64,000 bases of DNA, from contig JANXDI010000015.1 in the NCBI GenBank assembly GCA_025059595.1, positions 167,469-231,468 on the forward strand, given 5' to 3'. Source of the stretch: Candidatus Calditenuaceae archaeon. Its GTDB lineage: Archaea; Thermoproteota; Nitrososphaeria_A; Caldarchaeales; Calditenuaceae. The translations under genes and the position numbers were made by a program. Each line of letters begins with the position of its first letter. The stretch's first letter is position 1. The notes beneath the pieces were generated by a model. The model did not search any database and was not told where the DNA came from. It saw only the letters and a list, made by a program, of their open reading frames with translations. Of the stretch, positions 1-8,369 are shown piece by piece.

Positions 1-1125
1 CAAGCAGAAACCTTCCCAACATACATCAGCCTCTCAATCGAGGGGCTCGAGTACACAGGCACGCCACCAGTTCTGGTGCTTAGTGTTGTGAGGCCTGACG
101 GGTATTCTGTGGAGGCGGCGAGGATTGTTGTGCCTCCTCCAAGGCCGGGTGAGAATCCTCCGATAACTAGGTACGAGCAGGCGCCCGAGAGGGTATTGAT
201 AAGTTCAAGCGATGACTTAGCCAGAAACCTAGCTCAACTCTACGCGGATAAGTTTGATGTCCTAGTCTCGCCTACGCGTGTGCTTCAGGAGGGGGTTCAG
301 CGATACTTAATGGGCGTCCCTAGAGGTGGGTCTATTGTTCCGTTGGATGGCGTGTATCGGTTTACTCTCACGGCCTTGCAAAGTTCGGGCGAGACTTCGA
401 TTGAGAGGGGGAGGGTTCTGATTGGTGGAGAGGCCTACGGATTGATGGGGACCGATGTTATTGGGCGTGATTTGGCGATTGGGCTTCTCCTCGGCTTCCC
501 AATATCCCTTTTTATCGGTGTAGTCACGTCCGTTATAGTTACGGGTATCGGAGCCGCCCTCGGCCTAGTGAGCGGCTACATGGGTGGCAAGGTCGACAAC
601 GTCATACAAAGGCTTGCAGACTTCATGAACAACATTCCACTACTTCCGATATTGATATTCCTCGTCTTCAGCTTCGGGGCCAAACTCTGGGTGATTATCT
701 TGGTCTTCGTGGCTTTTGGATGGCCCGGCCTAACAATCGTCACAAGGTCTATTATTCTCCAGCTCCGTGAGTCCCAATTCATCGAGTCAGCCCGAGCAGT
801 AGGTGCTTCAAGTCTTAGGATACTAGCACGGCACATCTTCCCCCACATAGCGCCATTCATCATCGCTCAGATAATCTTCTTCACTCCGAGCTTCATACTT
901 CTTGAAGCCGCGCTCAGCTTCTTGGGCCTCGGTGACCCCTCCCTCCCGACTTGGGGGCAGATACTTGAGCTCGGGTTCCGGAGCGCGGCTGTTTATCTCG
1001 GCTACTGGTGGTGGATTCTGCCGCCCGGGTTACTGATAATCATCACGTCTATTACGTTCGTCATGATTTCACTCGGGCTTGAGCCTGTCATTAATCCGAG
1101 GGTGAGAGGGAGGTTCAGGGCATAG
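1..1125 (+). CDS. ABC transporter permease, OppC/DppC (peptide/nickel) type; 5' end probably lies upstream of the window
   Basis: Frame 1 is open from nt 1, with no stop before the GTG at 76. The C-terminal half is multi-TM with an EAA-loop-like segment ESARAVGASSLRILARHIFPHIAPF. Two Opp-type ATPase genes follow directly. Confidence 0.85.
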   Translation, partial: QAETFPTYISLSIEGLEYTGTPPVLVLSVVRPDGYSVEAARIVVPPPRPGENPPITRYEQAPERVLISSSDDLARNLAQLYADKFDVLVSPTRVLQEGVQRYLMGVPRGGSIVPLDGVYRFTLTALQSSGETSIERGRVLIGGEAYGLMGTDVIGRDLAIGLLLGFPISLFIGVVTSVIVTGIGAALGLVSGYMGGKVDNVIQRLADFMNNIPLLPILIFLVFSFGAKLWVIILVFVAFGWPGLTIVTRSIILQLRESQFIESARAVGASSLRILARHIFPHIAPFIIAQIIFFTPSFILLEAALSFLGLGDPSLPTWGQILELGFRSAAVYLGYWWWILPPGLLIIITSITFVMISLGLEPVINPRVRGRFRA

Positions 1126-1126
1126 T

Positions 1127-2089
1127 ATGAGCATGGCACTATCGGTTGAGGGGCTTAAGGTCTATTATAACACGGAGAAGGGCGCGGTTCGGGCCGTGGA
1201 CGACGTTTCCTTCGACTTGGCGAGGGGGGAGAGCCTCGCAGTCGTGGGTGAGTCTGGTAGCGGCAAGTCCACCCTAGGCTTAAGCCTCATCAGGGCTCTG
1301 CCTAAGAATGCCACGGTGGTCTCGGGGCGCGTCTTTATTGACGGGGAGGAGACACTCTCCCTCAGCCTGCAGGATTTCAGGAGGAGGTATAGCTGGAAAG
1401 TGATATCGATGGTCTTTCAAGGGGCTATGAACTCGCTCAACCCGGTCCTGAAGGTGGGAGACCAAGTAGCTGAGCCCCTCATCTATAGCGGGAGCGCCGA
1501 TAAGGACGAGGCCCGGAGACGGGCCATGGACATTATCGAGATGGTTGGGCTTCCGCGCGAATTTTACCATAGGTATCCTCACGAGCTGAGCGGGGGGATG
1601 AGGCAGAGAGTCGCGATAGCCATGTCTCTCGTCATGAACCCGAAAATCCTCATTTTAGATGAACCGACCTCAGCGCTCGATGTGACCATTCAGGCACAGA
1701 TAATGAACCTGGTCAAGGACCTCATGGAGAGGCTTGGCCTAAGCGTGATATTCATCACTCACGACCTCGCGCTGGCAAGCGACATCGCGGACAGAATAAT
1801 GGTGATGTATGGTGGGCAAATCATGGAGCTTGGGTCTATCGAGAGGGTCATAGGAGAGGCTCCGAAGCACCCCTACACCGAGAAGCTCCTCGCGAGCATA
1901 CCGAGGCTCAGAAGTGAAGGAATACCGGAGTTCATACCTGGCAGGCCGCCTGATCTCTCGTCTCCTCCGCCAGGCTGCAGGTTCCACCCAAGATGCCCCT
2001 ACGCATTTGACAAATGCAAGTCGGAGGAGCCGCCACTCTTCAACGTAGGCGGAGGACATCTATCCAAGTGCTGGCTTCACGGTGAGTGA
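1127..2089 (+). CDS. Oligopeptide/dipeptide ABC transporter ATP-binding protein (OppD-like)
   Basis: Walker A GESGSGKST, signature LSGGMRQRV, Walker B ILILDEPTSALD, Opp-type C-terminal Cys motif CRFHPRCPY. Confidence 0.95.
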   Translation: MSMALSVEGLKVYYNTEKGAVRAVDDVSFDLARGESLAVVGESGSGKSTLGLSLIRALPKNATVVSGRVFIDGEETLSLSLQDFRRRYSWKVISMVFQGAMNSLNPVLKVGDQVAEPLIYSGSADKDEARRRAMDIIEMVGLPREFYHRYPHELSGGMRQRVAIAMSLVMNPKILILDEPTSALDVTIQAQIMNLVKDLMERLGLSVIFITHDLALASDIADRIMVMYGGQIMELGSIERVIGEAPKHPYTEKLLASIPRLRSEGIPEFIPGRPPDLSSPPPGCRFHPRCPYAFDKCKSEEPPLFNVGGGHLSKCWLHGE

Positions 2090-3095
2090 GGGGTTGAGGG
2101 AAGTCATACGGCTCGAGAGTGTAAAAAAATACTATGAAGTTAGGTCGGGGCTACTGGGCTCTAAGACGCTTAAGGCTCTTGACGGGGTCACCCTCTCGGT
2201 CGGGATGAGGGAGACCGTCTCGGTAGTCGGGGAATCGGGATGCGGAAAATCGACGCTCGGAAGAGTATCTATCCGGCTACTTGACGTCACGAGTGGTAGG
2301 GTGTTGTTCAAGGGCGTGGACATCTCGAAAATGAAGGAGGAAGAACTCCGCGAGCAGAGCTTCCGGAAGAAGATGCAGATAATCTTCCAAGACCCATACT
2401 CCAGCCTGAACCCCTTTATGAGGCTGGGTGAGATAGTGGCGGAGCCATTGGAGATACATGGATACGGCAAGGAGGAGATTAGGGAATCCGTTTCTAGGGC
2501 CTTGGAGGACGTTAAACTCGTCCCACCTGAAGAATTCGTGAACAGGTATCCCCATGAATTGAGCGGCGGGCAGAGGCAGAGAGTCAACATAGCGAGGGCG
2601 CTCGTGCTCGGTCCCGAGTATATCGTTGCTGATGAGCCTGTTTCGATGATTGACGCCTCGAGTAGGGCTGAGATTCTTCTGCTCTTAAAGAGCATAAGGG
2701 ACCAGAGGGGTATGGGTGTTCTCTACATAACACACGATATAGCTACGGCGCGATACGTCTCTGAGAGAATCGCGGTCATGTATCTCGGCGAGATAGCTGA
2801 GACCGGCCTCACTACCAGCGTCCTTAAGACACCGATACACCCCTACACGATTCTGCTACTCAACAGCGTCCCAGAGCCCGACCCAAATAATCGGCGGCGT
2901 AGGAGGCTGGTCATCAAAGGTGAGCCTCCGAGCCCCCTAAACCCACCTAGCGGATGCAAATTCCACACACGCTGCCCAATAGCCATGGAGAGATGCAGGG
3001 CCGAGAGACCTGTTCTGAGGGAATACCTGCCCGGTCATTTCGCTGCATGCCACAGGGCTGAAGAGATAATTAGCGGGGCTGTGTCGGTCGCCTAA
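2082..3095 (+). CDS. Oligopeptide/dipeptide ABC transporter ATP-binding protein (OppF-like)
   Basis: Walker A GESGCGKST, signature LSGGQRQRV, Walker B IVADEPVSMID, C-terminal CKFHTRCP. It overlaps the upstream ATPase gene by 8 nt, which suggests an operon. Confidence 0.95.
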   Translation: MSEGLREVIRLESVKKYYEVRSGLLGSKTLKALDGVTLSVGMRETVSVVGESGCGKSTLGRVSIRLLDVTSGRVLFKGVDISKMKEEELREQSFRKKMQIIFQDPYSSLNPFMRLGEIVAEPLEIHGYGKEEIRESVSRALEDVKLVPPEEFVNRYPHELSGGQRQRVNIARALVLGPEYIVADEPVSMIDASSRAEILLLLKSIRDQRGMGVLYITHDIATARYVSERIAVMYLGEIAETGLTTSVLKTPIHPYTILLLNSVPEPDPNNRRRRRLVIKGEPPSPLNPPSGCKFHTRCPIAMERCRAERPVLREYLPGHFAACHRAEEIISGAVSVA

Positions 3096-3661
3096 CCGCC
3101 CGGCGCGAGGCGGAGCATCGCGTAGACGAGTAGGCCTAAGGCTAGGCTTACTGTCCATGCGGGGTAAGCGAGCTTCCCAACCCGTCTGTGATACGAGAGG
3201 CCGGCCCTCGCTCTCAGCTGATAACCGGTGAGGGCGTTATAGAATACGAGTGGGACAGAGGCGATGGAGAGAGCCAAGTGGACTGCTAGTGAGGGCAGAT
3301 AGACGAAGTTCCTCAGAACTTCTGGGCCCTTATAGACCTCAGGACCGAGTGCCGCGATTTTCAGGACATACAGGACCAGGAAGACGGTGATTAGTATGAA
3401 TGAGGCTCCCATATAGATGGCGTGGCTGTGGATTCTCCTCCGCCTTATGCTTCTATACCCTAGCTGAAGAAGCACGACCGTAATAAGGTTGATTGCCGCT
3501 ATGATGTGGGGAAAGTATAGCGCGGCCTCCTCAGGCACAAAGGCTAACCAACCCGCACCCTCTGGAGGAATCAGCACAAAGCCCAAAACCGCATAAGCCA
3601 CGAGAGTTACAAAGGCCGTAATAAGCCCGAAGCGCACAGAGCATCCGTTGCGAGAGCTCAC
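3092..3661 (-). CDS. DUF420-family integral membrane protein (CtaM-like)
   Basis: 189 aa with about 5 TM segments. The spacing of conserved His/Arg residues (IRRRRIHSHAIYM ... LAVHLALS ... SYHRRVGKLAYPAW) matches my recollection of DUF420. Confidence 0.65.
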   Translation of the reverse strand: MSSRNGCSVRFGLITAFVTLVAYAVLGFVLIPPEGAGWLAFVPEEAALYFPHIIAAINLITVVLLQLGYRSIRRRRIHSHAIYMGASFILITVFLVLYVLKIAALGPEVYKGPEVLRNFVYLPSLAVHLALSIASVPLVFYNALTGYQLRARAGLSYHRRVGKLAYPAWTVSLALGLLVYAMLRLAPGG

Positions 3662-3712
3662 ACATATACCTCCTGATACTACATAAATCGAGGCTCCTCT
3701 TCAAATTCGTGA

Positions 3713-4495
3713 ATGTCGGAGGCAAGGTTGGCTGGGCGGGTAGCGCTCGTTACAGGCGCCTCACGCGGAATCGGTGCGGCAATTGCGATTAGGCTTGGCC
3801 TCTACGGTGCCAGAGTCGTCTGCAACTATAACAGAAGCGAGGAGGCCGTGAGAAATGTAGTGTCGCGAATTGCTGCCGGTGGTGGGGAGGCCATAGCCTT
3901 GCGGGCCGATGTCTCTTCGAGAGAGGAGGTTGAGGCGATGGTCGAAAAGGCAGTTAATACATTCGGGAGGCTCGACATCCTTGTCAATAATGCCGCGATT
4001 TTGATGAGAGGCGGCGTGATGGACGATGTAAGTATCCTCGACCGGATGATGGAAGTGAATGTGAAGGGAGTTATCTACTGCATAGCCGCGAGTCTCAAAC
4101 ACATGATGAGGCAGAGATACGGCAGAATAATCAATATAGCCTCGATAGCGGCCTTCGGAACGACGTCTCGAAACACTACCTACTATGCGATGACCAAGGG
4201 TGCGATAATCACCTTGACTAAGCGGCTTGCGTTCGAGCTCGGCGAGTATGGCATAACCGTGAATGCAGTCGCACCCGGCTTCACGAAGACAGACATGACT
4301 ATGAATAGGCCGGCGGAGGAGCTAAGCGAGGTCACTAGGCGCCTAGAGACGATAACCGCCCTAAAGAGATTGGGTGAGCCAGAAGATATAGCGGAGGCTG
4401 TCGCATTCTTAGCATCCGAGAGGGCCGGATTCATTACCGGGCAAGTGATCTCGGTGGACGGTGGTAGGATGGACTTCTTCTCCCGCTCAACGTAG
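3713..4495 (+). CDS. Short-chain dehydrogenase/reductase (FabG-like)
   Basis: Cofactor motif TGASRGIG, NNAA, catalytic YxxxK (YYAMTKGA), 260 aa. Confidence 0.9.
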   Translation: MSEARLAGRVALVTGASRGIGAAIAIRLGLYGARVVCNYNRSEEAVRNVVSRIAAGGGEAIALRADVSSREEVEAMVEKAVNTFGRLDILVNNAAILMRGGVMDDVSILDRMMEVNVKGVIYCIAASLKHMMRQRYGRIINIASIAAFGTTSRNTTYYAMTKGAIITLTKRLAFELGEYGITVNAVAPGFTKTDMTMNRPAEELSEVTRRLETITALKRLGEPEDIAEAVAFLASERAGFITGQVISVDGGRMDFFSRST

Positions 4496-4528
4496 CCTCA
4501 TGGTAACCATAAATTCCGGTCCTAGCGA

Positions 4529-6004
4529 GTGGTGTCGAGTATGGTTGAACTGATTCCAGGGATTATCGCCGTGCCTGTTCTTAGCCTGCTGCTTGGCGCG
4601 GTGCTCGCCTCTCCTCTCATAGTAGTGATTATTAGAAGCCTGAAAGCGCCACGTATCATGGGCATTTACGCCTCTGCAGCCCTAGCCTACGCCCTCTGGG
4701 AGAGCCTCAACTCGGCGCTACGCTCGGAGAATCTGAAGGTCACATTCAACCAGTTGCCAGGCTCAGTCATAATGGCTGACGGCCTCACGTTCTACTTCAC
4801 GTCGATTGTACTCGGAATCGGCCTTCTATCAGCTATATACTCGATGGGATACATCAAGCAGAGGAGCGGCGAGTTCTACACCCTTCTTCTCGTCATGGTT
4901 CTGGGGATGGTCGGCGTCTTCTTCTCGGGCGACTTCGTTACATTCTTCATCTTCTGGGAGGTTATGAGCATCTCATCGTATCTTCTCGTGGCTTTCAATT
5001 ACAGGGAGTGGGAGGCCGTTGAGGCTTCCCTGAAATATCTTATTATGAGCTCCACGGGCTCGGCAGCTATTCTCTTCGGGCTCTCCCTGCTTTATGGTCT
5101 GACGGGGACTCTCGAGTTTTCCGGCCTCTCAGCCGCCCTGTCGAGTGGAGGCGTGAGGGGGGAGCTCTGGAACGTCGCCGCCCTCGTCCTGATTGTTGGC
5201 GGCCTTGGAGTGAATATCGCCATGTCTCCCTTCCACTACTGGCTCCCCGACGCGCATCCAGCGGCTCCAAGCCCGATAAGCGCCATGCTTTCAGGCGTCG
5301 TTATTAAGACGGGAGTCTATGCAATGGTCCGAGTATTCACCCTCCTCTACCCACCTGCTACTTATGATTGGGCCGGCGGCCTCATGGCCCTCGCCCTCCT
5401 CACCATGACGATTGGCAACCTTATGGCATCTTTTCAAAGCGACATAAAGAGGCTCCTGGCCTTCAGCAGTATAGCTAACATAGGCTACATCGCCTTAGCC
5501 CTGAGCATCAACACCCCGCTAGCTCTGGCTGGGGGGCTGCTCCACGTTCTGAACCACGCCATAGCTAAGGCCCTCCTCTTCCTTTCGGCAGGCTGCCTTA
5601 TAGAGTCGTCCGGAACTAGAAGCCTTGATGAGCTCTCAGGAGTAGGGCGCAAGATGCCGCTCTCCGCAGCCACATACTCGATAGGGGCCTTCAGCCTGGC
5701 CGGCATCCCCGGGTTGAACGCTTTTGTCAGCGAATACATGATAATTTTAGCCGCGTTCTCTGCGGGTCATGTGCTGCCGGGAGCCATCATGCTAGTCAAC
5801 GTCATCATCGGCGCGCTATATCACCTGAGAGTGGTCCAGATAATCTTCCTGAAGCCCGAGACCGCGAAGACTTCAGCAAGCCACGAGGCCAAGCCCGTGA
5901 TGCTGGCCCCCGTCATAATCCTCTCCGCCCTCTGCGTCCTGATAGGTGTCTATGCCTCGCCTTTCCTCTCAGCGGTGATTCAGCTAGCCTCGGTCCTTAG
6001 ATAA
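4529..6004 (+). CDS. Proton-conducting membrane transporter subunit (NuoN/NuoM/MrpD family), stand-alone
   Basis: 491 aa, about 14 TM segments. Family-typical stretches are FIFWEVMSISSYLLV, SPFHYWLPDAHPAAPSPISAMLSGVVIKTGVY and LLAFSSIANIGY. No other complex I or Mrp subunit is nearby. Confidence 0.85.
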   Translation: MVSSMVELIPGIIAVPVLSLLLGAVLASPLIVVIIRSLKAPRIMGIYASAALAYALWESLNSALRSENLKVTFNQLPGSVIMADGLTFYFTSIVLGIGLLSAIYSMGYIKQRSGEFYTLLLVMVLGMVGVFFSGDFVTFFIFWEVMSISSYLLVAFNYREWEAVEASLKYLIMSSTGSAAILFGLSLLYGLTGTLEFSGLSAALSSGGVRGELWNVAALVLIVGGLGVNIAMSPFHYWLPDAHPAAPSPISAMLSGVVIKTGVYAMVRVFTLLYPPATYDWAGGLMALALLTMTIGNLMASFQSDIKRLLAFSSIANIGYIALALSINTPLALAGGLLHVLNHAIAKALLFLSAGCLIESSGTRSLDELSGVGRKMPLSAATYSIGAFSLAGIPGLNAFVSEYMIILAAFSAGHVLPGAIMLVNVIIGALYHLRVVQIIFLKPETAKTSASHEAKPVMLAPVIILSALCVLIGVYASPFLSAVIQLASVLR

Positions 6005-6023
6005 AAAGTTCCTCTAGTTTTTG

Positions 6024-6031
6024 TTAATTAA
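6024..6031 (+). promoter_or_regulatory. TATA-like box upstream of top6A
   Basis: TTAATTAA is centred about 26 nt upstream of the GTG at 6054. This fits a leaderless archaeal transcript. Confidence 0.35.
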
Positions 6032-6053
6032 GCGCCTCGCACTATAGAGTAAC

Positions 6054-7184
6054 GTGCCGAAGAAGAGAACCGCTGCAGTGGAAGGCGAAGCCATGAGTGG
6101 CCAGCTGTATAAGTCTGATGAGATTAAGAGGGAGGTTTTGGGGAGGCTGAAGAAAGTTGGTGTGGAGATAGTTGAGGCCCTGAGCAGGGGAGATTGGCCG
6201 ACTCTTCACCTCCCTGTGAGAAGCACGAAAAACATAGTCTACGACCAAGACCTGCGCCAGTATATTCTCGGCTCGAAAAAGGCCGAGAGGACCGTTGCAA
6301 ACATCAGACACCTTAGACCATTCGCCCAGCTCGTTTGGGTTGCGAAATTTGCGAAGCAGCTCCTCACAAGCGGCAAGACATCTACGCTCAGGGACACTTA
6401 CTATGTAGCCATCGGCGAGGGGATTGACTTCGAGTCTCAGGACGAGAGCGACGACATAATATTGGAAGTGGAGAGCCTCATCAACCATCCGAGGGAGGAT
6501 ATGAACATCTTCCCTGAGGAGAGGGCCGCGATATACGGCGACCTAGTGATAGAGTATACGATACCCGGGTTTAGGGGTCAGAGAGTAGACCTCTCCGCCC
6601 ACCCGGACGGCTACTCGATAGGGCCTGCCTTAACGACGGCCGAGTTTGGGAGATGCGGCGCGGAGCAGGTCTTCGTGATAGAGAAGGGCGCCGTCTTCAG
6701 CAGGTTTGTCGAGGAGAGGGCGGACAAAAAGTTCAAGGCCCTGCTAATACACACGGCGGGCCAGTCTCCGAGGAATTGCAGGAAACTTATCCGCAGGCTG
6801 AGGGAGGAGCTGAACCTCCCAGTCTACATCTTCACCGACGCCGACCCCTATGGAGTGCATATCGCGAGCGTGCTGATTCACGGCTCAGCCCTCTCCGCCC
6901 ACATCCGGCAGATAAACGTCCCAGACGCGGTCTGGGCCGGCGTCTATGCAACCGACATCACGAAGTATAAGCTGCCAGCTCTCCGACTCACCGAGCAAGA
7001 CTATAAGAGGCTGAAGGAGCTTGAACAGGACCCGAGATACACGGTGGACCCTTGGAGGAGGGAAGTCCAGTATTTCGGGAAGATTAAGAGGAAGGCTGAG
7101 CTCGAGGCCTTCTCGAGGTATGGGCTTGAGTTCATAGTCAAGGACTTTCTGCCTGAGAGGCTTACCGAGCTTCAGAAGCGCTAG
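6054..7184 (+). CDS. top6A: DNA topoisomerase VI subunit A (Spo11 family)
   Basis: Catalytic Tyr context LRDTYYV. Toprim Glu VFVIEKGAVF and DxD IFTDADPYGVHI. An alternative in-frame ATG lies at 6093. Confidence 0.95.
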   Translation: MPKKRTAAVEGEAMSGQLYKSDEIKREVLGRLKKVGVEIVEALSRGDWPTLHLPVRSTKNIVYDQDLRQYILGSKKAERTVANIRHLRPFAQLVWVAKFAKQLLTSGKTSTLRDTYYVAIGEGIDFESQDESDDIILEVESLINHPREDMNIFPEERAAIYGDLVIEYTIPGFRGQRVDLSAHPDGYSIGPALTTAEFGRCGAEQVFVIEKGAVFSRFVEERADKKFKALLIHTAGQSPRNCRKLIRRLREELNLPVYIFTDADPYGVHIASVLIHGSALSAHIRQINVPDAVWAGVYATDITKYKLPALRLTEQDYKRLKELEQDPRYTVDPWRREVQYFGKIKRKAELEAFSRYGLEFIVKDFLPERLTELQKR

Positions 7185-7219
7185 AAATAAACCATCCCTC
7201 AGACTATTGTTCGATTAGT

Positions 7220-8032
7220 GTGAGGGTGGAGTTCGTCGGAGACGACGCGGCGCTCATCTTGGAGACAGGCGGGAAGCGGCTATTACTAATTTCCGACATT
7301 CACCTCGGCTATGAAGCAGAGCTCGCCCGGGAGGGCATCTACTTCCCCAACCAACTCCCCAACATCCTCGAAAGGATTTCAAAGCTCTTGGAGAGGCACA
7401 GCGTTGATACACTCGTGCTTCTGGGAGACGTGAAGCACAGGGTCGCGGGCGTGAGCTGGAGAGAGTCGAGGCAGGTGACGGAGCTTCTTAAGGTGCTGAG
7501 TAAAAGAGTTGGTGAGATAATTATTACACCCGGCAATCATGATGCCGGTGTGCTGAGTCTGGCCGAGGGGATGGCTGAGGTTGTCTCGGGTCGCGGGTTG
7601 ATTGTTGGGGATGCATGGATGCTTCACGGACACTGCTGGCCCCCGCCTCAGGCTGCCGAAGCGAAGCTTATGGTGATAGGCCACACACATCCCACGGTCA
7701 GCTTTGCCAGAGGGCCGGGGTCGAGAAGGAAGATTTTCCTCGCGATGAAGACTTCTAGGGGGAGGGTTGCGAAGATGCTTTCGGCGAAGGCTGGTGTGGG
7801 GGCTGGGGAAGCGAAGGTAAGCCGCGGAGGCTTTGTCAGACTTCTCATCATGCCACACTTTAACAACGCTCTACAAGGAGTGGAGCTCTCACAGCTCGTG
7901 AGCGGCGGCCGCGGAGTAAGCCCTCTGCTGAGGAGCGGCCTATTCAAATTAGAGGGGGCGAGCATACTGATGCTGGACGGGACTAGGCTCGGTGAGGTTG
8001 AGTGGTATGTCAGGTCGGGACAACTCTGGTAG
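7220..8032 (+). CDS. Metallophosphoesterase (calcineurin-like, archaeal ICC-type)
   Basis: Motifs SDIHLGYE, LLGDVKH, PGNHD, MLHGH and IGHTHP occur in the canonical order. Confidence 0.85.
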   Translation: MRVEFVGDDAALILETGGKRLLLISDIHLGYEAELAREGIYFPNQLPNILERISKLLERHSVDTLVLLGDVKHRVAGVSWRESRQVTELLKVLSKRVGEIIITPGNHDAGVLSLAEGMAEVVSGRGLIVGDAWMLHGHCWPPPQAAEAKLMVIGHTHPTVSFARGPGSRRKIFLAMKTSRGRVAKMLSAKAGVGAGEAKVSRGGFVRLLIMPHFNNALQGVELSQLVSGGRGVSPLLRSGLFKLEGASILMLDGTRLGEVEWYVRSGQLW

Positions 8033-8327
8033 CGGTCTCGAATCTCCGCGGATTTTGGCAGAGAGCGGGAGGGTGAAACGGTATGTCTTTAAGCCGAGCG
8101 AGAGGGTGAGATGGATAGTCGTCGGAAGGGAGCGGGACTACCTCATCCTACCCGAAGCCCCTTACTGTAGCTGCGACGACTTCTACTTCAGAGTTATACA
8201 CGGTCAGAAGCCGAGGTGCTACCACTTAGAGGCTCTGGAGATTGCCCTGAGGGAGCGGCTTTACGAGGAGATTGAAGAGGAGGACTCGTGGTACGATAGG
8301 TTGATGAGGGAATGGCTCAGCGAATAA
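7992..8327 (+). CDS. SWIM zinc-finger protein
   Basis: CxC...CxH pattern: YCSCDDFYFRVIHGQKPRCYHLEAL. It overlaps the 3' end of the phosphoesterase gene. An in-frame ATG at 8007 is a likely start. Confidence 0.75.
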   Translation: MRLSGMSGRDNSGSGLESPRILAESGRVKRYVFKPSERVRWIVVGRERDYLILPEAPYCSCDDFYFRVIHGQKPRCYHLEALEIALRERLYEEIEEEDSWYDRLMREWLSE

Positions 8328-8369
8328 TTTTGAAGCTTATGTGAAGAATCTTACGGCCTCGTTTTATGG

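Noticed and set aside
2132-2695. 187-aa antisense ORF within oppF, together with the many other 60-170-aa ORFs nested in or antisense to annotated genes (for example 6042-6488, 6653-6970, 7379-7858, 11918-12442, 16281-16673, 27149-27583, 44989-45420, 46900-47544, 51667-52104, 54301-54906)
   Set aside because: Each overlaps a longer ORF with strong family motifs. Their compositions are skewed (Arg/Ser/Pro-rich), as is typical of off-frame translation.
4529-6004. DabB (inorganic carbon pump) assignment for the orphan antiporter-like subunit
   Set aside because: No DabA/DUF2309-like large ORF is adjacent or anywhere in the window. The assignment would be pure speculation.
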